Shown: positions 1 through 10,908 of the stretch, piece after piece
Layout: every line of letters starts with the position of its first letter
Position numbering within the stretch: position 1 is the first letter of the stretch
Assembly (NCBI RefSeq): GCF_001447785.1
Contig: NW_015163096.1
Coordinates: forward strand, 1,681,280-1,737,264
Length of the DNA: 55,985 nucleotides
Direction of reading: 5' to 3'
Origin: Gekko japonicus
Taxonomy: Eukaryota
The notes under the pieces: generated by a model
What the model was told of the DNA's origin: nothing
What the model saw: only the letters and a program-made list of their open reading frames with translations
Database searches by the model: none
Program-made: the position numbers and the translations under genes

Positions 1-574
1 CTAATTTGCATCCTACAACACAAAAGACCGCTTTTAGCAATCTCATTATCACTTTCCTTTCAGGCATGCTGCAGGTGAAAATGATATTTTCACAATGCCT
101 CTAAATGAAAGATGGATGTAGGTGGAAAATAGAAATGAAAGTTGTTCTTTGCCTCATTCTTTCATGGTGTTTGGGATGGATATACGAACAATCAATTCTG
201 TTTTCAAGGACCTGTGGGATTAGATAAAGTGTGTATGTGCACGCACATACTAGCAAGAGAAAAAAGAATGATACTGCTTCTGAGGCTATAAAATTTATCT
301 CTGAACAACTATCTAGAAGAAAGTGTACAATGGTGTACAAAAAGGCACGACTATGCCCCACAAAACCCAAAGATATGTGGCATTCACTTGAAAACGAGCT
401 TGCTAAGCAATTCCCTTGGATTTATAACCAAGTACATGCATAACAATTCTCAAGAGTTACAAAGGAATCGTAGTTATTCACACAGATCAGAAACAGGTGC
501 CACACACAATTGGTTGGGTTACTCTGAAATAAGAAATGGAAAGTAGGAAATTTAGACTGTTTATTATTTATGAA

Positions 575-790
575 TTTATTTAATTGATTTATACCCCACC
601 TTTCTCCCCAATAGGTTCCCATAGCAGCTTACATCATTCTCCTCCCCTTCATTTGATCCTCAGAACAACCCTGTGAGGTAGGTTAGCCTGAGAGAGTGTG
701 ACTGGCTCAAGGTTACCCACTGAGTTTTCACAGCATGAATGGGGATTCGAACTTGAGGCCTTCCAGAGACTAGTCCAAGACTCTACATAT
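575..790 (-). mobile_element. Old tRNA-derived CORE-type SINE (MIR/Squam3-like)
   Basis: CORE-SINE body 'aaccctgtgaggtaggttag...gactggctcaagg', B-box-like 'gggattcgaac', T-rich tail at the left end. Confidence 0.7.
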
Positions 791-811
791 ACAGCTGAAT
801 ATGAAGGGATC

Positions 812-945
812 ATAGGATTGCCAGCCTCCAGGTGGGGCCTGGAGTACTCCTGGAATTCCATCTGATCTCCAGACTGCAAAGATCAATTCCCCTGGAGGAA
901 ATAGGAGCTTTAGAGGGTGGGCTGTACGGCATCATATCCCCAATG
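812..945. mobile_element. Partial hAT-type MITE (TAGGGTTGCCA-terminus family)
   Basis: Starts 'taggattgccagcctccagg'; body matches the copies at 17960, 32833 and 11548. Confidence 0.7.
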
Positions 946-1021
946 ACCTCTTTCACCAACATGGTTGCATTATATTTCTCTCTGCACATAACAGACTTAA
1001 AAAACTTAATTTTCACCCAGC

Positions 1022-1445
1022 TAGGGTTGCCAGGTGTACTCACCTGACCAGCGGGGTGCTCTCTGGAAGTGCTGCCCCCCGACGTGATGACATCATCCAG
1101 AAGTGACGTCATCATGTTGGGGATGTTGTGGGTGATGCTCTGCTTTTTGGGCAAAACTCTATGGTGATGACCTCAAAACCATAGAGTTTTACCCAAAAAA
1201 CAGAGTGTCACCCCCAGCGTCCCCAACATGATGATGTCACCTGGAAGTGATGTCATCATGTCAGAGACACACTTCCATTTTACCTGGAAGATGGTTGGAG
1301 GAGTGCAGATTTGCAGGCAGGGGTTCTCCCGCTGGCCAACTGGCTGGCATTGGAAAGGAACCTGCCAAATCAGGGGATTCCCCCAACCCCACCAGGGGGC
1401 GGGGGATCCCTACACCCAACTCCAACTGACCTGGGGGCAATCCTA
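1022..1445. mobile_element. hAT-type MITE with long internal palindrome
   Basis: Termini 'tagggttgcca' and 'ggcaatccta'; internal imperfect inverted repeat ~1088-1166 / ~1178-1256. Confidence 0.75.
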
Positions 1446-1692
1446 TTTTGGGCTGCCCGAGAAAAGTTTCAACTACTAAAGCAATCAAGATTTCTCCATC
1501 AAGACCCTTTTGTATGTAACCCATGCTTTAAATTTCTACTGTTTGAAACAATTTACTAATCACTTACAAAAAGAACAAGGTGTCAGAGAACTGAGAATAG
1601 CATCTCTAATGCTTAGCCTGTTGCCTTCCTAATTTCATCATTTCACAGAAGTAATTTATTCAGCTACTAAAATAACATTTATGTATTATAAC

Positions 1693-2147
1693 CAGTGTTC
1701 CCTCTAAGCTGAGTTAGTGTGAGCAAGCTCACAGTTTTTTAGCCTCGGGCTCACACATTTTTGTCTCAGCTCAGGATTTATTTTTTTTTGTTTATTTATA
1801 AAATTTAAAATTTAAAAAACAGTCAGTAGCTATAAGTCGAAACAGCAGCAAAAAATAAAATCGGGAAGGGGGACACATTCACGATATCTGGGGAGTTTCC
1901 TCAATACACGTAATGAACTTGTGGATGAGCAGGAGCGTTCAGCCTTGAAGCAAATGTGACAGCCTCAATTGATGTGGAAATACTCTTAATTGGTTCAGTG
2001 GATGCAACCACGTCTCAGCTCAGGATGGATGGCTCCAGAACAAACTAATTTATGCAGCAGCTAAATCGCTCGCTCACAACATTAATGCCAGTAACTCACA
2101 AAGTAGAATTTTTGCTCACAAGACTCCACAGCTTAGAGGGAGCATTG
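1693..2147. mobile_element. hAT MITE interrupted by a LINE fragment
   Basis: TIR CAGTGTTCCCTCTAAGCTG...CAGCTTAGAGGGAGCATTG; perfect 8-bp TSD ATTATAAC (1685-1692, 2148-2155); uninterrupted sister copy at 24353. Confidence 0.9.
1778..2011 (-). mobile_element. 5'-truncated non-LTR retroelement 3' end (family unassigned)
   Basis: 15-bp TSD GTCTCAGCTCAGGAT (1763-1777, 2012-2026); AATAAA and A-rich tail on the minus strand. Confidence 0.8.
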
Positions 2148-3413
2148 ATTATAACTAGACATTATCAATCAAAATTGTGTTACCCTGGAATAATTCACCT
2201 CTACTGTACATAGTGTTGGCTGGGTCATTATCATGTTTGGGGGAGTATAATAGAGAGTTATATGAAACGATAAATGTACAACAGAAATAAACTTTCACTT
2301 TTTTTTAGTCTGTTTTTCCCCATGGCATATACTTGCTCTCTATATTATACACCTTGACTATTCCCTGACTGAAGTTATAGTTTTCACTCAATAAACTACA
2401 GCATGTATTCTAACAACAACAAAAAATGTAGAAGGAACCTCAGTGGTATGAACTGTTCCTACCAAAGGGAAAGAAAAAATCCTTTTCAAAAAGCAACATG
2501 ATATGCAATCCCTAGGTGACTCTTTTATTATCCTGTCTTATTATGAAAGACCTGAAATGGAAATTTATTATTGGCTGTTATTCTTTCTCTGATGACTCCA
2601 GATGCTACTGTCTGAAACAAAATGTAAGGGGAGGAGGAAGTGGGGGTTGAGCCCTGGAGACATAGCGCACAACATTTCTATCATAGGAGGGATAATCACA
2701 ATTTACTCTTCTGAGATAGAACTCCTTTATGGACCACTTTGTATATGGCAGGAGATTATTGATTCACCATCCATCAGAGATGGAAAGTTTTTTTTTTAGC
2801 CTGATAGCTTTATAGATAGATCTTTTCTCTCGGTGCACATCATAAAATTGTTCCTCATATAATGGGTTATTACTGCATGCAGAAATGGTATCCCAAATGT
2901 GAAAGTAATTTTGATTCGCCCTCACTCCTCCATAACAGTATATCTCTTATAATGCAAAGTGCATGATTTACCACAGCCAGCCTGCTTAAGATAACTTGGA
3001 CTTACAAAGAACACACAGGACTGCAATAAATTCAGCTAGAAAAAAGGTATTTTTTTCCATTTCAAATGAAATATGTTTAAATTTTTATAGAGCAAAGCAC
3101 ATTTCATGTAAAAGATTTCAGTTTCAACAAGATATTTCTATTCACAGAAAATATGACTCTCGGAGTCAAAACAGAAAACACTGGTTATTTTCATTGGCTT
3201 GTCCAAAGAAACACATCATACCAGAAATAAAATCCACTTCTAAATTACTTATTTTCAAATTAAATTGTCTTCTAAAAGATTATGACTGCAATCTGGAAAC
3301 TAGAGTTAGAAAGCTCCATTGTGTGGCTTACTCCTGAACTTACCAAAATCAATGAGGTAAAGTTCACCTTGTGACTACCACTGGGTGCTCACATGCCTAC
3401 AGGCAGTATGTCT

Positions 3414-4365
3414 GAGAGCCAGTTTGATGTAGTGGTTAAGAGCACAGACTCAAATCTGGGAGAACCGGGTTTGATTCCCCACTCCTTCACTTGCACCTGC
3501 TAGATGACCTTGGGCAAGCCATAGTTCTGGCACAGCTGTTCTTGAAAAAGAGCAGTTTCTGTCAGAGCTCTCTCAGCCCCACCTACCTCACACGGTGTCA
3601 CGGCTGCTTCTCAACCCAAGCATTTGGCCCCAGCAGAAGAGCAAAGGACTACCGGGGATGAGCATTTGGCCTAGCGGAAGACCTAAGTACTGCTGGGGAT
3701 GAGCTCCCGGCTCCTGACAGCCCTGCACCTGAAGCCACGGAAACTACTCCAGCAGCAGCTGAAGCAGGCCTATGCCGGAGCAACACACCCCGTGACTCAC
3801 CCCCACCGGTATCCCGTCTGCGGGAACAACGCCGACAGGACATGGCATCCTGGCAATGGGATGCGCGCATGCGCGGTAGGCACTTGTTTAGCCCTGAGTA
3901 CTACCAGGAGTCGGGACACCATCAGGGCATGCTAATGACCAACAGCCTTCCAGGCTATTTAGTTATCGCACTCACGCCAACTAGTTGTGCTAGCAACTAG
4001 CCATTTTGGATAAAGCTCTGCACTTCACCACCCATGTTCCAGTTCTTGCTCCTCGTCTTGACTCCTCATCTCCTGACCTCAGCTTGTATGACTCTGCTCA
4101 TGACCTGCAGCTCGGACTTCTGACTCTCTAGCTTCTGACTTCTGATTTGGACTTGGTCTCTCGATATTACTGCTTGCCCAGTTTTGACCTTGGGCTGCTT
4201 TTGGAGTCTCTTGCTGTTGCCTGGCCTAGTACCATGTTCGTGACACATGGTGTCTGTTGTGGGGAGGGGAAGGGAAAGGAGTTTGTAAGCCGCTCTGAGA
4301 CACCTTTAAGTAGTGAAGGGCAGGGTATAAATCCAATCTCTTCTCTTCTTCTTCTTCTTCTTCTA
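3414..4365 (+). mobile_element. Squam3-type SINE split by a solo LTR
   Basis: tRNA-like head 'gtagtggttaagagc...gggtttgattccc'; body resumes at 4246; (CTT)n tail; sister copies at 16437 and 46543. Confidence 0.85.
3596..4245. mobile_element. Solo LTR (Gypsy/ERV-type)
   Basis: Terminal inverted repeat TGTCACG...CGTGACA; 5-bp TSD CACGG/CATGG (one CpG transition); cleanly interrupts a SINE. Confidence 0.85.
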
Positions 4366-4639
4366 TGTTCCTCCATTTAACAAAAATAATGCATATATAA
4401 AACTACAGGTCAGGTGAAAATATGGCAGCCTAGCCCTGATAATAAATTGTCAATTCTTCTGAAGCGCAGAACCTGAGACTCAGGGAGCATAGCACAAGAG
4501 TTCAGTCATGGTTCCTGTCACAGCAGGCGGGAGCCTGAATGCATTAGCTCTTAAGCCTCTCCTCCTATTGCCATCCAGTGTAGAACCATCATCCTCTTTC
4601 TCATGTGTTTTTAAAAGAATTTATCACATTTTCCTATCT

Positions 4640-5480
4640 CAGGTAGCTCTAACTGGATATACAGTTCTTTCAGCAGCCCCAAGTAGAAGGGCAGGGTGAA
4701 GCACAGCAGTGTCCATTCCTGAATTATTCTTTCATTGTGGGTTCTTAGTGCAGACAGAAGCTGATATTGATACTACATACCTGGTGGCGGGCTCCAGGGT
4801 CAGGTTAGGGTTCCATTGGTTTACCATCCACCTAACGCCAGCAGACACCTTAGCTAAGCTGGCTGAGATGGTCTCCAGTTTGGGTTTGGGAATACCAATG
4901 GTTACAGTTCCTGGGGATTTCAAAATCCATGCAAGGTTGCCACTAGACAAGCTCCAGGCTTCACGGTAGATTGTCCCAGATTGTTACTACATCAACATAT
5001 GGGAAAGTTGAATCTACCTTTCTGTACTGAGAATATTTCTGGTGGGCTGACGAAGGAAGCAGAAGTGAAATTTCTGTCATGGTCAAGCTTTTTACCTGCT
5101 AAAGGTTCAGGCAAACTTGATACCTTCTCTCCACGGAGGTGAGGACCTGATTAAGAAAATCCATTCCCACAGACGTATGGATCCAACTGGTTTCCAAAAT
5201 GCTGTCAGGAACATTGAAAGCTTAACGGGCAACTTGACTGAGGACCTAATGAAGGACTAAAATGCCAGACTCTCAAGATCCTTGGATTTGGTTGTTCTTA
5301 GACATTGGTCATTCATAGACATACAGCGCCAGAACCTCTGGATACAAATGAGATGAGGGAGCAAAAGAGGACTGGGAGAACAGTGCTGACAGAAGTCTGA
5401 GGCCAAATCAGAGAGAATGCATTGCAGGGCTCATTTGAAGATCTATGAGGTGGCGCCAATGGTGGCTGTGCACTCCATTG
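4640..5480 (+). mobile_element. Degenerate L2 LINE, endonuclease and linker region
   Basis: Relic translation 'VTVPGDFKIH' resembles the APE motif GDFNIH; collinear with the downstream L2 RT relic. Confidence 0.55.
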
Positions 5481-5496
5481 TGGGCTACATCACTAT

Positions 5497-6154
5497 TGAG
5501 AGTTCCGAGGCTATAAAATTCCCACATTCAATGCAAGACGTTTCTCTGTTGGTACAAGGACAGGAAACAGGAAGACATTAGTTGCTCTCCAGTACTCCCC
5601 TCCAACCGATGACTCTCACAAGCATCCATTACTTAAGGCTTGGTTATGTAAATGTTTCTAGCCAGGAGAGAACACAGGGCCATCTCACACCCTAGTAGAA
5701 ATGTGACACCTACAGACTTAATGAGCCAGAATGCTAGATTGTACCTGTTTCTGGAAAGGACAGGAAGAGAAAGATTGATCTATAAGAGCCAGTTAACTTC
5801 CTTGGACACAAGAGTTTCGTTTTGCAAGGTCCATCTCAGCTGATTCCATCTCAATGGCTGCCATCACCACATCGAATTAACAAAGGGGCAGGCTACCTGG
5901 ACAAAGACTCAAGATGACCGACAGAACTTTAACTTTAAAGATCCTACCCTGGAACAACAGTCAGGGTTCATTTAGCTAAGGGACAGAGGACTGCGTATAC
6001 ACAGTTTAATTTGTAACCTTGCTCGATCCATTGTTGTGCAGATTATGTGTGTGTGGCATTTTCTTTTGAATAAATTTCTTACGATTTTTATTGCTGGAAA
6101 TGTCTCTGTAACCATGATATTGTAACCATGTTGTCTCTGTAACCCACTTGAACA
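5497..6154 (+). mobile_element. Possible old LTR relic
   Basis: Interrupts the L2; AATAAA near 6069 and a CA end near 6154; no convincing TSD found. Confidence 0.3.
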
Positions 6155-6649
6155 TGTTACTAAAAGAATGCCTGGAAAGGTAGGAGGCTGATCAATAAAG
6201 CACTAGGTCCCTGGAAGTGTGCAAGTGTGGTAAACTGTCCCTGCAAAGGCTAGTTGGAGCAAAACTAACAGATGTGGGTAGTAGGTGAACACTGTAAATG
6301 GCAACATAGACAGAGTGCTAGGAATGCTAGCCCTCTTCGTGGGGAACATTCTTATCAACCAGCTGGTTGCAGTGTAGCCTTTCTGGGTAGAAAGAAGCAA
6401 CAAGCACCTCTGGGAGTCAAGTGAACTTGGGAGAATGGGACACTGCCAAGCAGAAACCTGGAAGAGCTACTGAGTGTCTTGACCCTCCAGAGGACACAAA
6501 GAGGAATGGTGCACGTGGGTCAGTGGGGCATTCTGCGACAGTGGCAAAGGAAGCATCACCTTCTTCCACCACGGAATCTGCAAAATCTTGTCCAGCTAAA
6601 TTGTTTCAAATTGTTCAAAATGTAATGGTATCTAGGTAAGATGTGGTTG

Positions 6650-7301
6650 AACTGGATGTGGATATAGACTGTTGACACTGTTGTCAATTCTTTTCAGATT
6701 AAATCTCTTTGATCTGATCCCACTTGGATACTGATTTGGCTACATATCAAGGAGTAGACATAGGTCAGAAAATGTTTTTTTGAAATCTTTAAAGGAAACC
6801 ATTATTAGACCTTTACTGAAAACAATTACTGTCTGCAGACAATCCTACAAGCTACAAACTGATGTCTAATGTATTGTTCTTGGGCCAAGTGAGTGAATGG
6901 AAACTGGCAGAGAGCTACTTCAGACGATTCTGGGTGATGTATCTGCACCTGACCCATTTCAGTCTAGCTTCAGGCTAGCTATTGGGACCCAGACAGCGAA
7001 GGTAGCTCTGAGGGATGATTTCAGGTTACAACTAGACAGAAGAAATGATTCTGTGCTGATCCTTATTGATATATCAGCTGTGTTCAATACAGTGGATCCT
7101 GCCACTTTGTTCCATCATCTTCAAGCATATCAGAGTATTACAATGGCTTCAGGTTTCTGTGTGACAGAACATCCAGAGTACCGGGAGGAGATATGGAAAA
7201 CACTGCCTGCGAGTTGACATACGAGATGCCACAGGGATCTGTTCTAAACTCTATGTTGTTTAAAAAATATTTAAGACCTCTCAGAAAGATTGTTCATACC
7301 T
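6650..7301 (+). mobile_element. Degenerate L2 LINE RT region (left part, host of the L1 insertion)
   Basis: 'FQSSFRLAIGTQTAKVALRDD...LILIDISAVFNTVD' matches the L2 RT motif QSGFR..GTETAL..DD...LLDLSAAFDTVD; 'ccacagggatctgttct' corresponds to PQGSVL. Confidence 0.8.
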
Positions 7302-8235
7302 GAAGAGTAATGGCAATATCATCCGCATAGGCTTGGATTTTGTACTCTTGGTTTTTAACTTTGATCCCCTGTATTCGGTTATCTTTGCGGATATTTTCAC
7401 ATAGACCTTCCATAGTAAGGATAAATAGAAGCGGTGAAAGGGGACACCCTTGTCGCGTGCCCTTAAATATGTTTATTCCTGTAGTCAGATCTGAATTAAT
7501 TATTATATTCGCTTCTTGATTTCTGTAAATTGTTTCAATTACACTGATAAAGTCTTGCCCGCAATCTATTTCTTTTAGATTTTGGATCATATAGTCCCAG
7601 TTGACGTTATCGAACGCCTTTTCGGCGTCTATAAAAATTATTGCTAACTGCTTGCTTATATCTGTCTCACAGTACTCTAGAACATTCAAGATAGTTCTAA
7701 TGTTTTGCTTTACTTGCCGGTTGGGTAGAAATCCCGCCTGATCTGAGTGTATTAATTGTACCAGTATCTTCCTCATACGTTGGGCCATTATATAAGCGTA
7801 GATCTTATAATCCACGTTGAGTAATGATATAGGGCGGTAGTTCTTGATTTCTTTTTCATCAGTACCCTTTTTATGTATTAGTGAAATTAATGCACTATTC
7901 CAGGATCTTGGTGTTGCCTTTGTTTCTGGTATATCTGTTACTATCTGTTTATAAACTGAGCTCAGCTCATCTTGGAAAGTTGTATAAAATTCAGAGGGTA
8001 GCCCGTCAGGGCCAGGGGCTTTATTTTTCTTTTGGTTTTTAATTGCTCCCGCTATTTCTGTCGATGTTATTTTTTGGTTTAAGATATTTTTTTGGTCCTC
8101 ATTTAATTTCTTTGTGTGTACTCTGTTCTTTAAGAAGGTCTGGATAGCGTCTGTATCAATAGTTTCCTTCCTATATAATTTGGTGTAAAAATTCTTAGCA
8201 ATATCTTTCAGGTCATCTATTCTATGCTTATCTTC
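7302..8235 (-). pseudogene. Inverted L1 ORF2 segment (linker/Z region through RT YADD motif)
   Basis: Open minus frame reads '...NKAPGPDGLPSEFY...NYRPISLLNVDYK...GTRQGCPLSPLLF...YADDIAITL'. Confidence 0.93.
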
Positions 8236-8585
8236 ATGCCGACGACCTAGTTTTTATTTTAGAAGAACCCCTAGAGTCAATTGAACATTTATTAAATACC
8301 CTTCGTATATATGGGCAAGTAGCAGGTCTGAAAATTAACCTACAGAAATCTAAAATACTAACGAAAAACTGTTCAAAAGAAACTGAGGATTTGTTAGCAA
8401 ATAAATCTGGATTCATAATTAGTAAAAAAGTTAAACACCTAGGAATCTGGTTAACAAATAAATGTAGTGCTCTATTTGATAACAACTATAAGAGAGTCCT
8501 GACGGAGATAAAAACCGACTTAGAAAAATGGAAAGACCTACAGCTATCCTTGATGGGAAGGGTGGCAACTATTAAAATGTGTATT
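8236..8585 (+). pseudogene. RT fragment from a second, divergent L1 family
   Basis: Open frame 'ADDLVFILEEPLESIEHLLNTLRIYGQVAGLKINLQKSKILTKNCS...LQLSLMGRVATIKMCI'; homologous to but clearly different from 9097-9445. Confidence 0.9.
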
Positions 8586-8607
8586 CCGCCCTATATCATT
8601 ACTCAAC

Positions 8608-10728
8608 GTGGATTATAAGATCTACGCTTATATAATGGCCCAACGTATGAGGAAGATACTGGTACAATTAATACACTCAGATCAGGCGGGATTTCTACCC
8701 AACCGGCAAGTAAAGCAAAACATTAGAACTATCTTGAATGTTCTAGAGTACTGTGAGACAGATATAAGCAAGCAGTTAGCAATAATTTTTATAGACGCCG
8801 AAAAGGCGTTTGATAACGTCAACTGGGACTATATGATCCAAAATCTAAAAGAAATAGATTGCGGGCAAGACTTTATCAGTGTAATTGAAACAATTTACAG
8901 AAATCAAGAAGCGAATATAATAATTAATTCAGATCTGACTACAGGAATAAACATATTTAAGGGCACGCGACAAGGGTGTCCCCTTTCACCGCTTCTATTT
9001 ATCCTTACTATGGAAGGTCTATGTGAAAATATCCGCAAAGATAACCGAATACAGGGGATCAAAGTTAAAAACCAAGAGTACAAAATCCAAGCCTATGCGG
9101 ATGATATTGCCATTACTCTCCTGGACCCGTTGCAATCTGTCCCACCCCTGCTAGAGGTGATGCATGATTTTGGGCATTTATCGGGCCTGAAAATAAATAA
9201 GACTAAGACAAAAATACTAACGAAAAATTGTGGCCCAGCCCTAGAGAGAAAACTGCAAGAAATAACCGATTTTGGTTTAGAAAAGAACGTGAAATATCTT
9301 GGGATAAACATTACGAATAGAACAAGTACATTGATACCAGGTAATTACGATACGCTCTTGACCCAGGTTAAAAAGGATTTAGAAAATTGGTCCAAGCTTC
9401 AACTGTCTCTTATGGGGAAAGTGGCAGTGATTAAAATGGCTATACTTCCCAGGATACTATTTCTATTTCAAAACATCCCAGTACTCAATAATTACAAGTT
9501 TATAAAAATTATGGATAAGTTAACATCAGATTTTATTTGGGGGGGAAAAAAACCCAGAATAAAGATTTATTCTTTACAAGAAAAAACAAAGAAGGGCGGA
9601 TTGGCAGTGCCGAATTGGCGACTATACTATCAGGCCGCGGCACTGACATGGTTACGTGAATGGATATTGCTCAGAAATCAGAGGATTTTAAGCCTAGAAG
9701 GCCACAACCTAATGGCAGGGTGGCACTATTTTTTAAGCGTAGGAACAGAAAAACATTCCTACTTTTGTCAACACCGAATCAGAGCCTGTTTAATAAAAAT
9801 ATGGAAGGAAATTAAAACTAACTACTATGACAAAAAACCAAGATGGGTTGCCCCCCTGGAGGCTATCTCATTACCAACTTTGATGACGGAAACCCGAACT
9901 TTAAGTTACGAAGTCTTACTAAACAAGAATAATCAACTAAAATCACAGGAGGCCTTGCAAGCCCAACAGGTCAAACTAACATGGTGGGAAAGAAACCAAT
10001 TAACATCTAAATATAACAAAGATATTCAAACAGGGATAAATAAAAACTTTACAGTACTAGACAAAATTTTATTGGGTCCAGAAGTAAAAATGATAGGCAA
10101 AATATACGCCTTTCTATTAGAAAATAGACCACAAGATAAAAATAAGAAAACACCCCTGACAAAATGGAATAATAATATAGGGAAAATAATTGACCCACGA
10201 AAATGGGATGGGATATGGAAAAATATGAGACAACTAAAGGCGGTATCACTAAAAGAAAACCTGTTTAAGATCTGTCATCGCTGGTACTTAACCCCTGCTA
10301 GATTGGCCAAATTTTACCCCGGTAGTAACAATAAATGCTGGAAATGTAAAGCACAAATTGGGTCGTTTTTCCATGTTTGGTGGTCCTGCGATGCGGTAAA
10401 GAAATACTGGAAAGAGGTACATCAGGTGATCACCCAGGCAACAAAGTTGCAAATAACACTGGACCCTGAAATATTTTTATTAAATATTCTACCCGAGAGT
10501 TGGGAAAAAAAAGATAAACACGTCCTGACAAATTTGTTAGCAGCAGCTAGAATCGTATTAGCCAGTTACTGGAAAAGAGATGAAATTCCGGATAGACTAG
10601 ATTTTATAAACAAAGCAATTGAGGTGATAGAAATGGACAATCTAACACAAAAACTCCACGGAAGGAAAAACTCTGTATTTTCAGCTATGTGGTCAAATGT
10701 TTATGATTGGATCGATAAGAATGTATAA
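8608..10728 (+). CDS. L1 ORF2 C-terminal part: RT domain and Cys-rich C-terminus; no endonuclease and no true start
   Basis: Uninterrupted 706 codons with DAEKAFD, QGCPLSPLLF, YADD, KYLG and CWKC...HVWWSC. The listed start is an internal GTG; L1 homology begins at 8586. Confidence 0.93.
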   Translation: MDYKIYAYIMAQRMRKILVQLIHSDQAGFLPNRQVKQNIRTILNVLEYCETDISKQLAIIFIDAEKAFDNVNWDYMIQNLKEIDCGQDFISVIETIYRNQEANIIINSDLTTGINIFKGTRQGCPLSPLLFILTMEGLCENIRKDNRIQGIKVKNQEYKIQAYADDIAITLLDPLQSVPPLLEVMHDFGHLSGLKINKTKTKILTKNCGPALERKLQEITDFGLEKNVKYLGINITNRTSTLIPGNYDTLLTQVKKDLENWSKLQLSLMGKVAVIKMAILPRILFLFQNIPVLNNYKFIKIMDKLTSDFIWGGKKPRIKIYSLQEKTKKGGLAVPNWRLYYQAAALTWLREWILLRNQRILSLEGHNLMAGWHYFLSVGTEKHSYFCQHRIRACLIKIWKEIKTNYYDKKPRWVAPLEAISLPTLMTETRTLSYEVLLNKNNQLKSQEALQAQQVKLTWWERNQLTSKYNKDIQTGINKNFTVLDKILLGPEVKMIGKIYAFLLENRPQDKNKKTPLTKWNNNIGKIIDPRKWDGIWKNMRQLKAVSLKENLFKICHRWYLTPARLAKFYPGSNNKCWKCKAQIGSFFHVWWSCDAVKKYWKEVHQVITQATKLQITLDPEIFLLNILPESWEKKDKHVLTNLLAAARIVLASYWKRDEIPDRLDFINKAIEVIEMDNLTQKLHGRKNSVFSAMWSNVYDWIDKNV

Positions 10729-10908
10729 GAACATACAAGATAATTTGATTGTAATCATAATCGATATATATAGATTTTTGTTAAGCTTTAAGGATCATTT
10801 TAATGTGCAACATGGTGGGTTTATGGGGATCACGGGTGTTGGATGTACCACTACTTATACTTTAATAAAAAACTAACAATAAAAAAAAAAGAAAGATTGT
10901 TCATACCT

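Larger units (their letters stand above)
7302..10889 (+). mobile_element. Young 5'-truncated, 5'-inverted, chimeric L1 (LINE-1 clade) insertion
   Basis: Perfect 19-bp TSD AGAAAGATTGTTCATACCT (7283-7301, 10890-10908); AATAAA and poly(A) at 10864-10890; bottom-strand nick site TTTCT/GA resembles the L1 EN consensus TTTT/AA. Confidence 0.95.

Noticed and set aside
2765-2946. Minus-strand ~60-codon open frame (IYCYGGVRANQNYF...HREKRSIY) with possible splice sites
   Set aside because: No recognisable family and length compatible with chance.
8608-10728. 706-aa ORF as a domesticated host gene
   Set aside because: The start is an internal GTG at a truncation point; intactness is explained by youth (perfect TSD, near-identical duplicate).
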